From NCBI GenBank assembly GCA_011065125.1, contig JAAKFI010000002.1, positions 23-64,022 on the forward strand: a stretch of 64,000 nt of DNA. The letters are read 5' to 3'. A program made the translations under genes and the position numbers. This DNA comes from Candidatus Anoxychlamydiales bacterium (GTDB taxonomy: Bacteria > Chlamydiota > Chlamydiia > Chlamydiales > SM23-39). This document shows, piece after piece, positions 38,130 through 46,611 of this stretch (position 1 is its first letter; each line of letters starts with the position of its first letter). The notes below the pieces were generated by a model. The model did no database searches. It saw nothing but the letters and a program-made list of their open reading frames with translations, and was not told the DNA's origin.

Positions 38130-39647
38130 TTATTCTTCTATGTATGCATTTTTAAAATCCATGAATCCAGATGAATGTAAATGAATATTTTTTAGTTTTG
38201 GATTTTTTAAATAATTTTGTGTCATATGATATAATGGCACTACACAAGATTCATCTAATAAATGATTTTCTGCTTGCATAAGAAGATTGTTTCTTTCATC
38301 TTCATCAAAGGTAATATCAGATTTGTCTAATAGAGAAATATATTTTTCACTCTCCCATAGAGTATTATTAGTTGAACTATTTTTATATTTAAAAACTTCT
38401 AAATAATTTATTGGATCATTGAAATCTACAATCCATGAACTAAGTGCTATTTCATAGTCTTGTTTTGAAATTTTTTCAAAATATGTTTTATTTTCTAAAG
38501 CATTTAATAAAACCTTAATTTTTAAATTCTTTTCAATATCTCTTTGAAGAGCTTGTGCTAAGATATGGTTTCTATTAGAAGTGGCATAAGTAATAGTTAC
38601 AGTTTCATTTTCAAAATTTAAATCCTCAAAATTAAATTTTTCCACATTTTGATCATTAAATATAAGTCTACTTGTATCTTTTTGATTTCCTTGTAAAATA
38701 TGATCTACTATCTTTTTTCTATTAATCGAAAAAGAAATTGCCTTTCTTAAGTTTTTATCAGTTATTTTTTCTATATTCATTCTCAAAAAAGCAATCCCAG
38801 AATATGGTTCTATATTAACTAATTTTTTTTCTTTTAATTTTTTCATACTATCTACTGGAAGTGCTGAAAAAGGAGAGCCTGCCCAGTCTAACTTTTTTTT
38901 CTCAAACATGAAAAGCTCGCTATCAATAGTTAAAATTAAAAAAGATATCTCATTTAATTTAACTTTATCACTATCATAATAATTTTCATTTTTAGAAAAT
39001 AATAATTGATCCTCACGAACCCATTTACTTAATTTAAAAGGCCCAGATGACACAAAATCTTTAGATGATATTGCCCAAGAAGGATTTTTTTTATCTAACT
39101 TACTATTTATAGCAAAAAAAGATGGATGTGTTAAAAGTTTTAAAAAATAAAATTTTGGAATTTCTAGTTCAATTTGCAACGTATTTTCATCTATTGCTTT
39201 AATACCTATATCATCTATTGAAATTTCATTATTTTTTGCTTTTTTAGCATTTTTTATTACAAATAAATTATATGCAGAAGATGTAATAAAATCTTTTGAT
39301 AGAATCTTTTTATATGTGTATTCGAAATCATATGCTGTAATTTTTTCTTTATTTGACCAAAGAGCATCTTTTAATTTGAACGTATAAACTTTATTATCTT
39401 TTGAAATTTGATAGCTTTCAGCAAGGGCTAAGGATATAGATCCATCCTTTTCTTCTTTAACCAATCCTTCGAAAAGACTTTTTACTAAATTGATTGAATT
39501 TAATGACCTAACCTTTCTTGGATCTAATGTATTCGGTTCAGATTCAATATTTAATGTGATTTTTTGTTTTTTTAAATCTTTTTTATTATTTGTACAAGAA
39601 GTGAAAATTATAAAAAAACTAAAAACAATAAATAATATACGTTTCAT
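38130..39647 (-). CDS. oppA: Oligopeptide-binding lipoprotein (SBP family 5, OppA-like)
   Basis: Lipobox IFTSC. ITLNIESEPNTLDPRK...LFEGLV...YTFKLKDALWSN... are typical SBP_bac_5 blocks. 505 aa. Confidence 0.85.
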   Translation of the reverse strand: MKRILFIVFSFFIIFTSCTNNKKDLKKQKITLNIESEPNTLDPRKVRSLNSINLVKSLFEGLVKEEKDGSISLALAESYQISKDNKVYTFKLKDALWSNKEKITAYDFEYTYKKILSKDFITSSAYNLFVIKNAKKAKNNEISIDDIGIKAIDENTLQIELEIPKFYFLKLLTHPSFFAINSKLDKKNPSWAISSKDFVSSGPFKLSKWVREDQLLFSKNENYYDSDKVKLNEISFLILTIDSELFMFEKKKLDWAGSPFSALPVDSMKKLKEKKLVNIEPYSGIAFLRMNIEKITDKNLRKAISFSINRKKIVDHILQGNQKDTSRLIFNDQNVEKFNFEDLNFENETVTITYATSNRNHILAQALQRDIEKNLKIKVLLNALENKTYFEKISKQDYEIALSSWIVDFNDPINYLEVFKYKNSSTNNTLWESEKYISLLDKSDITFDEDERNNLLMQAENHLLDESCVVPLYHMTQNYLKNPKLKNIHLHSSGFMDFKNAYIEE

Positions 39648-39820
39648 AAAATATTCCCTTATTTTCGTATTACATATTATCTTAAAGTAAAATTTTTTTA
39701 AACTTTTTAAATATAAAAGTATTTGTTATTTTTTTTAGTTTAATATCTTTCAAACTTCTTCCATTTTAAAATAAAAACTTATATATACATATTTAATAAA
39801 AGATAATTTAGGGTTTTTAA

Positions 39821-42046
39821 ATGAAGAAAATTGAAATTTCAATAGAAAATATGCATTGCTCATCTTGCGTAAAAAAAATTGAAGATGATGTAAAAAAAAT
39901 TGATGGCATAAAAAAAATAAATGTCTCCTTTGCAAACAACAAAGCATATATCGAATATGATGAATCTAAAATAAATCTAAATCAAATTTTCGAAGAAATA
40001 AAAAAAATTGGATACAAAGCAATTGAAAAAAATAATGATGAAAATTTACAAAATAAAGAAATAAAGTCTTATAAAATAAAATTTTTATTTTCTTTAATAT
40101 TTTCTATTCCTTTGATGTATCTAGCAATGAGCTATAATTATTATAAGATAGTTAATTTAAAAAGTTTATCTATCCTTCAATTTATACTAGCTAGCTTTGT
40201 AATAGCTTTTGGCTATAAGTTTTTTTACTATGGAATATTTTCATTAATTAAAACTAAAGCTGCAAATATGGATACTTTGATCTCTTTAGGAGTTGGATCT
40301 GCTTATATTTACTCAGTTTTTGCAAGTGTTAATATTTTATTAAATAATAAAAATTATGATCACAATAATTTATATTTCGAAATTGCAGCTTTTTTAATCA
40401 CTTTTATCTTACTTGGTAGATATTTAGAAACCCTTGCTAAAGGAAAAACATCTTTAGCAATTAAAAAATTAATGCATCTAAGCCCTAAACAAGCTAGGGT
40501 GATTAGAGATAATAAAGAAATTGAAATCCCAATAGATCAGGTAGTAATAAATGATATCATCGTTGTTAAGCCAGGAGATAAAATACCCGTTGATGGAGTT
40601 GTTATAGAAGGAGCCTCCTCAGTAGATGAATCCATGATATCTGGAGAAAGTCTGCCTGTCGAAAAAAAAGAAGGGACAAATGTAACTGGCGCTACTATTA
40701 ATAAAACTGGCAGCTTTAAATTTAAAGCCACAAAAGTTGGAAAAGATACAGTTTTATCTCAAATAATACACCTTGTAAAAGAAGCGCAAATGTCAAAAGC
40801 ACCTATCCAACAATTAGCTGATTTAATCGCTAAGTATTTTGTGCCAGTCGTTTTAATTATCGCAATAATTGCATTTTTAATATGGCAATTTACTTTGAAT
40901 GATTTTATGTTTTCTTTAACTATTTTTATTTCAGTGTTAATTATTGCATGTCCTTGCGCGCTTGGCCTTGCTACTCCTACTGCTATTATGGTCGCAACAG
41001 GAATGGGAGCAGAACTTGGCATTCTTATAAAAAATGCTACAGCTCTTCAAAAAATGAGCAAAATAAACTGTTTTGTTTTTGATAAAACAGGAACTTTAAC
41101 TGAAGGCAAGCCACAAGTTACTAATATCTATCCAATTGATATTAGTGAACAAGAAGCTTTAATTTATGCAGCCTCTTTAGAAAAAAAATCATCCCATCCT
41201 TTAGCTAACGCAATTATTGAAAAAGCCGATTTAGAAAAAATTAATATTAAAGAAATCAGTGATTTTTTAGAAGAAGCAGGCAAAGGCGCTAACGCTAGCA
41301 TTGGTAACAAAAAAGTTGCTATTGGAAATCAAAAACTAATGGATAAATTTAATATCGATTATAGTAAGCACTTAAGTACAATAGAGCATTTTATGGGAGA
41401 AGGAAAATCTATTTTACTTTTATCTATTGATAACAATTTAAAAGCAATTTTTGCAATTACAGATATGATAAAACCTCATGTTAAAAATGTTATCATTAAG
41501 TTAAATCAAATTGCATATGTTTTAATGATGAGTGGTGATAATAAAAAAACAGCTCATATAATAGCTACAAAAGCTAGAATTGAATATAACAATATCTTAG
41601 CTGAAATTTTACCTCAAGATAAAGCAAAAGAAGTAAAAAAACTTCAAGAAAAACACTTTGTTGCATTTATTGGAGACGGAATCAATGATGCTCCAGCTCT
41701 TAGCCAAGCAGATGTTGGAATCGCTCTATCTCATGGAACTGATGTAGCAATAGAATCAGGTGATATAGTTCTTATGAAAGATGATATTAGAGATGTGTAT
41801 AAATCTTTAAAATTATCTCAATATGCTTATAAAAAAATTAAACAAAATCTTTTCTGGGCATTTTTCTATAATGTTTTAGCTATACCAGTAGCTGCTGGCA
41901 TTTTGTATCCTTTTACTAATTTTTTATTAAACCCAATGATCGCTGGAGTTGCTATGGCTTTTAGTTCCGTGTCTGTTGTAACAAATTCCCTTTTAATGAA
42001 AAGGCATTTAAAAACTTTAAAAAGACCTTACTTTAAAAAAAATTAA
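39821..42046 (+). CDS. copA: Copper-translocating P1B-type ATPase
   Basis: N-terminal HMA domain with MHCSSC. TM6 CPC ([13 protein letters not shown]), phosphorylation site DKTGTLT, hinge [10 protein letters not shown]. Confidence 0.95.
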   Translation: MKKIEISIENMHCSSCVKKIEDDVKKIDGIKKINVSFANNKAYIEYDESKINLNQIFEEIKKIGYKAIEKNNDENLQNKEIKSYKIKFLFSLIFSIPLMYLAMSYNYYKIVNLKSLSILQFILASFVIAFGYKFFYYGIFSLIKTKAANMDTLISLGVGSAYIYSVFASVNILLNNKNYDHNNLYFEIAAFLITFILLGRYLETLAKGKTSLAIKKLMHLSPKQARVIRDNKEIEIPIDQVVINDIIVVKPGDKIPVDGVVIEGASSVDESMISGESLPVEKKEGTNVTGATINKTGSFKFKATKVGKDTVLSQIIHLVKEAQMSKAPIQQLADLIAKYFVPVVLIIAIIAFLIWQFTLNDFMFSLTIFISVLIIACPCALGLATPTAIMVATGMGAELGILIKNATALQKMSKINCFVFDKTGTLTEGKPQVTNIYPIDISEQEALIYAASLEKKSSHPLANAIIEKADLEKINIKEISDFLEEAGKGANASIGNKKVAIGNQKLMDKFNIDYSKHLSTIEHFMGEGKSILLLSIDNNLKAIFAITDMIKPHVKNVIIKLNQIAYVLMMSGDNKKTAHIIATKARIEYNNILAEILPQDKAKEVKKLQEKHFVAFIGDGINDAPALSQADVGIALSHGTDVAIESGDIVLMKDDIRDVYKSLKLSQYAYKKIKQNLFWAFFYNVLAIPVAAGILYPFTNFLLNPMIAGVAMAFSSVSVVTNSLLMKRHLKTLKRPYFKKN

Positions 42047-42486
42047 ACTTCTCTATTTTGAATTTTTTTATTAATTTTAAATAACTTAATGCTATAGGTA
42101 TAAAAAAAAGCAAAAATAAGATAAGAGAAAAACATTAAAACATATTGATATGCTTGAAGATATACATGAGATTTAAAGGCCATATATAAAGCTGCTATCA
42201 AAGTTAATGGTTTAGCAATTAAATAAAAAAGTAAAAATTTAACCCCCATTTTTTTATATGAGAAATGATAAAATAATACAAAAGCACCCACAACCCATAA
42301 CACTAGAAAAAAATAGCCTATAAACATTGATAACTTTGGTATAGCTTGATTATTTTTCAAATAAACATTTGTTAAATCAATTACTCCATTTATAAAGTTA
42401 TAACATGAAGATATAATCAAAATATAAAACCAATTTTTTCTAATTTTTTCATCTTTATCAGTTAATAAATCATCCATATTTTTCAC
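42043..42486 (-). CDS. Hypothetical membrane protein (4 predicted TM)
   Basis: 147-codon stop-free frame with hydrophobic helices. No family recognised. Confidence 0.5.
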   Translation of the reverse strand: MKNMDDLLTDKDEKIRKNWFYILIISSCYNFINGVIDLTNVYLKNNQAIPKLSMFIGYFFLVLWVVGAFVLFYHFSYKKMGVKFLLFYLIAKPLTLIAALYMAFKSHVYLQAYQYVLMFFSYLIFAFFYTYSIKLFKINKKIQNREV

Positions 42487-42597
42487 CTTTAATTTAAATA
42501 TTTAATTTAATTTGAATATTATCAAATAAATTGATTTTTATTCTACCTTAAGATTATAGCTATTAGTTATAATCAGTTAAAAAATTTTATATTAAAT

Positions 42598-43926
42598 ATG
42601 TACAAAAATAAGAAAATAGCTCTTATTTTACTTATGGGAGGAGTTGGAAATAGATTCAGCTCAGACATCCCCAAACAATTTTATAATTTATCTGGAAAAA
42701 AAATTTATATAAGAACTTTAGATGCTTTTTATAAATTGAATATCTTTGATGAAATTGTTTTACCATGCAAAAAAGAATATATCCCCCAAGTAAAGGAAGA
42801 TTTAAAAGCTTACAAAAACATCAAAGTAATAGAAGGTGGAAGTACTAGACAAAAATCTTCTTACCAAGCACTAAAAAGCTTAAACAATCCAAATATTGTA
42901 GTAATTCACGATTCAGTAAGACCTTTTGTTAGTAAAAAAATAATTATTGAAAACATTTTAGCTGCTATTAAATATAAAGCGGTGGACACATGCATTAATT
43001 CTACTGACACCCTTGTAATAACACATGAAAATTTCATTAAAAATATCCCTAATAGAAATATTTTTTTAAGAGGTCAAACACCTCAAAGTTTTGAGTATAA
43101 ATTAATTTTATCAGCTCACGAAAAAGCTATAAAAAATAATATTTTAAATAAAACTGATGACTGCCAATTAGTTTTAGAAAATAACAAAGTTTTCATTGTA
43201 AATGGGGATGAAAATAATATTAAAATAACAACAAAATTAGATCTTTTTTTAGCAGAACAACTACTTAGATTGAAATTAGAAAAAGTCACTTTTAATATAA
43301 AAAATAAATTAGATAATAAAATATTTGCAATAATTGGAGCGAGTGGTGATATAGGCTCTGAAATTAGAAAAGAACTAGAAAAACAAAATGCTAAAGCTCT
43401 ATTAATTTCTAGAAATTCATACTATAAAACAGATATTACAAAATATAGTGATGTGAAAAGGACTTTTAATCTTATTTATAAAAAATATGGCAAAATTGAT
43501 GGGCTCATAAATGCATCTGGTCTTTTAGTCGTAAAAACTGTAGATAAAATCAAAGAAAAAGAAATCGATGAAATCATAAAAGTAAATTTACTAGGCTTAA
43601 TATATGTATGTAAATATGCAAAAATAAAAGATGGTGGTCATATAATAAACATTTCATCTTCCTCTTATACCTATGGAAGAAAAAATTATGGTGTTTACTC
43701 TTCTACAAAAGCAGCAGTTGTAAATTTCACTCAAAGTTTATCTCAAGAACTTGAAAAATTAAAAGTAAATGTAATTGTGCCTCAAAGATGTAATACTAAA
43801 ATGAGGAAAAAATACTTCCAAAATGAAGATCCTAAAACTTTATTAGATAAAAATAAAGTAGCTAAGGGAATAATTGATACATTAAAAAGTGACTTTACAG
43901 GATTAACTATTGAAATAAAGAAATGA
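42598..43926 (+). CDS. Bifunctional IspD/TarI-type cytidylyltransferase + short-chain dehydrogenase/reductase (Bcs1-like candidate CDP-ribitol synthase)
   Basis: The N-terminal half carries the IspD-family motifs MGGVGNRF...PKQFYNL, GGSTRQKSS, IHDSVRPF, GQTPQSF, TDDCQL and NIKITTKLDL.LAE. The C-terminal half is an SDR: IIGASGDIGSEI (Gly-rich NAD(P) loop), NASG, and SSSS...YSSTKAAV (catalytic YxxxK). Confidence 0.8.
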   Translation: MYKNKKIALILLMGGVGNRFSSDIPKQFYNLSGKKIYIRTLDAFYKLNIFDEIVLPCKKEYIPQVKEDLKAYKNIKVIEGGSTRQKSSYQALKSLNNPNIVVIHDSVRPFVSKKIIIENILAAIKYKAVDTCINSTDTLVITHENFIKNIPNRNIFLRGQTPQSFEYKLILSAHEKAIKNNILNKTDDCQLVLENNKVFIVNGDENNIKITTKLDLFLAEQLLRLKLEKVTFNIKNKLDNKIFAIIGASGDIGSEIRKELEKQNAKALLISRNSYYKTDITKYSDVKRTFNLIYKKYGKIDGLINASGLLVVKTVDKIKEKEIDEIIKVNLLGLIYVCKYAKIKDGGHIINISSSSYTYGRKNYGVYSSTKAAVVNFTQSLSQELEKLKVNVIVPQRCNTKMRKKYFQNEDPKTLLDKNKVAKGIIDTLKSDFTGLTIEIKK

Positions 43927-43996
43927 GGCATGATGGGTTCGAACCATCGACCCTATCCTTAAAAGGGATATGCTCTACCAACTGAGCTAATGCCTC
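43924..43996 (-). tRNA. tRNA-Lys (anticodon UUU), no encoded CCA
   Basis: The reverse complement folds as GAGGCAT TA GCTC AGTTGGTA GAGC A TATCC CTTTTAA GGATA GGGTC GATGG TTCGAAC CCATC ATGCCTC A. Its 3' end overlaps the TGA stop of the convergent CDS. Confidence 0.95.
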
Positions 43997-44003
43997 ATTT
44001 GTT

Positions 44004-44078
44004 TGACCCCAAGGGGATTCGAACCCCTGTCGCCAGGATGAAAACCTGGTGTCCTAGGCCGAGCTAGACGATGGGGCC
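44004..44078 (-). tRNA. tRNA-Glu (anticodon UUC), no encoded CCA
   Basis: Reverse complement: GGCCCCA TC GTCTAGCTCGGCCTAGGAC A CCAGG TTTTCAT CCTGG CGAC AGGGG TTCGAAT CCCCT TGGGGTC A. Confidence 0.93.
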
Positions 44079-44133
44079 AAATTTTCAATTATATGTAATA
44101 AATTTTAACGTCTAGCTAATTTTTTAACAAGTA

Positions 44134-44685
44134 TTAAACTTCTAAAACTTCTTTTTCTTTTTCTGTGCAAATACAATCTATGTCTTTGCAAAAACGATCG
44201 GTCTGTTCTTGTACCAGTTTTTCTTCTTTTTTAGAAATATCTTCAGGTATTTCACCTGATTGTTTTTGTTTTTTTAAGATTTCGTTATATTTTCTTCTAA
44301 CTTCTCTAATTCTTATTTTAGCATTTTCTGCTCTTTCTTTGCATTTTTTAACCATATCCTTTCTGATAGACTCGTCCATTTGAGGAGTATTAATTCGAAC
44401 TACTTTTCCATCTGCAACTGGTTGTACATTTAAGTTAGCAGCATCTATAGCTTTTGCGATAGCATTTGTATTACTAGAGTCGTAAGGAGTAATTAATAGT
44501 TGTCTAGATTCTGGAACTGTTATATTAGCTAAATCTCTAATTCTCATTTTAGATCCATACACTTCAACAAATACTGAATCTAACATCGATGGATTAGCTC
44601 TTGATGTTCTGATATTTTTTAAATCTTCTTTGTAATGCTCAAGAGATTCTCTCATCTCTTTTTTTACATCATTTTCTACGCTCAT
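44134..44685 (-). CDS. frr: Ribosome recycling factor
   Basis: 183 aa. LKNIRTSRANPSMLD...V.VYG....L..LA.I.VPE.R.L.I.P.D is the classic RRF pattern. Confidence 0.96.
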   Translation of the reverse strand: MSVENDVKKEMRESLEHYKEDLKNIRTSRANPSMLDSVFVEVYGSKMRIRDLANITVPESRQLLITPYDSSNTNAIAKAIDAANLNVQPVADGKVVRINTPQMDESIRKDMVKKCKERAENAKIRIREVRRKYNEILKKQKQSGEIPEDISKKEEKLVQEQTDRFCKDIDCICTEKEKEVLEV

Positions 44686-44728
44686 AGTTTACTCCAAACA
44701 ATTATCTATGTTTAAAAAAAGCTTTTTT

Positions 44729-45583
44729 TTATTTAGATGATCCTATCATCCATCTCCAAAAGCAAGAAATTTTTAATTTAGCATCAATCTCTTTTTCTCT
44801 GTTTTCAACAAATTTTTGTACAGTAATTGATGGGTCTTTTACAAACTTTTGTCCAACTAAACATACTGAGTCTTCAAAAGCTTTTAATTTACCTGTTATA
44901 ATTTTTTCGATTACAAATTCAGGTTTTCCTTGAACTTGTGATCTTGCTATCTCTTCTTCTTTTTTTCTTATGTCTGCTGGAATTTGCTCTGGCGTTAAAT
45001 ATTCAGGTGAATCTGCTGCAACATGCATTGCTATGTCTTTAGCAATTTTTTGCTCATCACTAGATCCTGAAATTTCAACAACACAAAGAATTTTTCCACC
45101 CATATGTGAATAGATTCCATATGATGCGTTTTTTTCTTTTTTTATTATCTCAACTCTAGCTATTTGAATGTTTTCACCAATAGATTGAATAAGTAAATTT
45201 CTGTATTCTTCGATCGTAAGAGATGGATCTATATCATAATTTTCTTTTAAGAAAGCATCTAAAGAAGCTGGTTTACTCTTAGCTGCTTGAGCTGAGAGTT
45301 CTTTCACAAATTTTTGGAATTTTTCATTTTTTGCAACAAAATCAGTTTCAGTATTCACTTCTAATAAGGCTATCTCATTTTCAGTTTCACTAAAACCAAT
45401 AGTCCCTTCTTTTGTGTCCCTACCTTCTTTTTTAATAGCTGAAGCAAGTCCTTTTTTTCTTAAGAATTCAATTGCTTTTTGCATATCCCCATCTGATTCT
45501 ACTAAAGCTTCTTTACATTTAGTCATTCCAACGCCTGATCTTTCACGAAGCTCTTTTATCATTTGTGGTGTAATATTTCCCAT
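44729..45583 (-). CDS. tsf: Elongation factor Ts
   Basis: N-terminal UBA-like ITPQMIKELRERSGVGMTKCKEALVESDGDMQKAIEFLRKKG and TETDFVAKNEKF. Confidence 0.96.
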   Translation of the reverse strand: MGNITPQMIKELRERSGVGMTKCKEALVESDGDMQKAIEFLRKKGLASAIKKEGRDTKEGTIGFSETENEIALLEVNTETDFVAKNEKFQKFVKELSAQAAKSKPASLDAFLKENYDIDPSLTIEEYRNLLIQSIGENIQIARVEIIKKEKNASYGIYSHMGGKILCVVEISGSSDEQKIAKDIAMHVAADSPEYLTPEQIPADIRKKEEEIARSQVQGKPEFVIEKIITGKLKAFEDSVCLVGQKFVKDPSITVQKFVENREKEIDAKLKISCFWRWMIGSSK

Positions 45584-45586
45584 TTT

Positions 45587-46384
45587 TTACACTTCCTCCT
45601 CATTTTCCTTATCTGACACTTCTATTTCTTTATCATCTTCTACTGTGCCCTTCATCGGTTTTTTATCTTTTTTAGAAAAAGGTATTTTCATTTCCTTTTT
45701 CTTTTCAATAATAGCATCAGTAATAGCTGCTAAAATTAATTTTATGCTTTTTAATGCATCATCATTACAAGCAATTATATGATCTATTGGATCTGGATTG
45801 CAATTTGTATCAACTAATGCCATCACAGGGATATTTAATTTTTTAGCCTCTGCTACAGCAATATGTTCCATATGTGGATCTACTACAACGATTAACCCTG
45901 GAGGTTTTCTCATTGTACGAATTCCTGATAAATTTTTATTTAATTTTTGTTGTTCTTTTGTTAGAACTGACATTTCTTTTTTTGTAAGACCATCACCACC
46001 AGAAGCTATTTTCTTTTCGGTTCTTTCTAACGTTTTGATTGATTTTCTAATTGTGGCTAAGTTCGTTAACATTCCACCAAGCCATCTTTCGCATACGTAG
46101 AATTCATTAGCATTTTCTGCAGATTCTTTAATAGCAGCTTTAGCTTGTTTTTTTGTTCCAACAAAAAGAATGGATTTATGTTGAGTTACTATATCTTTGA
46201 CAAATGATATTGAATTTCTAATTTGTTGCAATGTCTTTGCAAGATCGATAATATAAATACCGCTTCTTTCTTCAAATATAAATCTTTTCATTTTTGGGTT
46301 CCATTTAGAGCTTTGATGCCCAAAATGAGCTCCTGCTTCTAATAATTCTTTGATTGTTACCCCTGCATCTTTTTGAGTTGCCAA
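45587..46384 (-). CDS. rpsB: 30S ribosomal protein S2
   Basis: LLEAGAHFGHQSSKWNPKM..FIF.ER.GIYIIDL..T and VVDP..E..AV.EA.KL.IPV.ALVDTN. The C-terminal tail is acidic. Confidence 0.97.
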   Translation of the reverse strand: MATQKDAGVTIKELLEAGAHFGHQSSKWNPKMKRFIFEERSGIYIIDLAKTLQQIRNSISFVKDIVTQHKSILFVGTKKQAKAAIKESAENANEFYVCERWLGGMLTNLATIRKSIKTLERTEKKIASGGDGLTKKEMSVLTKEQQKLNKNLSGIRTMRKPPGLIVVVDPHMEHIAVAEAKKLNIPVMALVDTNCNPDPIDHIIACNDDALKSIKLILAAITDAIIEKKKEMKIPFSKKDKKPMKGTVEDDKEIEVSDKENEEEV

Positions 46385-46417
46385 GCTATCTCCTTTTGTT
46401 ATAAAAAAATTAATTTA

Positions 46418-46488
46418 AGCGCCTGATCAGAATCGAACTGACACAAGTAGCTTGGAAGGCTACTGTTCTACCATTGAACTACAGGCGC
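46418..46488 (-). tRNA. tRNA-Gly (anticodon UCC), no encoded CCA
   Basis: Reverse complement: GCGCCTG TA GTTC AATGGTA GAAC A GTAGC CTTCCAA GCTAC TTGT GTCAG TTCGATT CTGAT CAGGCGC T. Confidence 0.93.
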
Positions 46489-46611
46489 ACTTTAGTTTTT
46501 CCAACTTTATTTAAAAAAACAAATATATTTTTACCTTAATTTGCCTTTTTTTCCAAGTAAAAATATAGTAATAGTATAAAAATACCTTAAAGTTATATTT
46601 TTATTATTAGT

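Noticed and set aside
39750-39947. 65-aa minus-strand ORF spanning the copA start region.
   Set aside because: It overlaps the copA HMA-domain coding sequence in antisense. Its repetitive FFL/HH composition is a mirror of the Lys-rich copA N-terminus. No RBS.
33608-43996. The block asdA-APC-APC-oppA-copA-hypothetical-Bcs1-like ending at tRNA-Lys, considered as a tRNA-associated genomic island.
   Set aside because: There is no integrase, no direct repeat of the tRNA 3' end and no visible compositional break relative to the flanks. Horizontal origin of individual genes remains possible, but the sequence alone does not support an island call.
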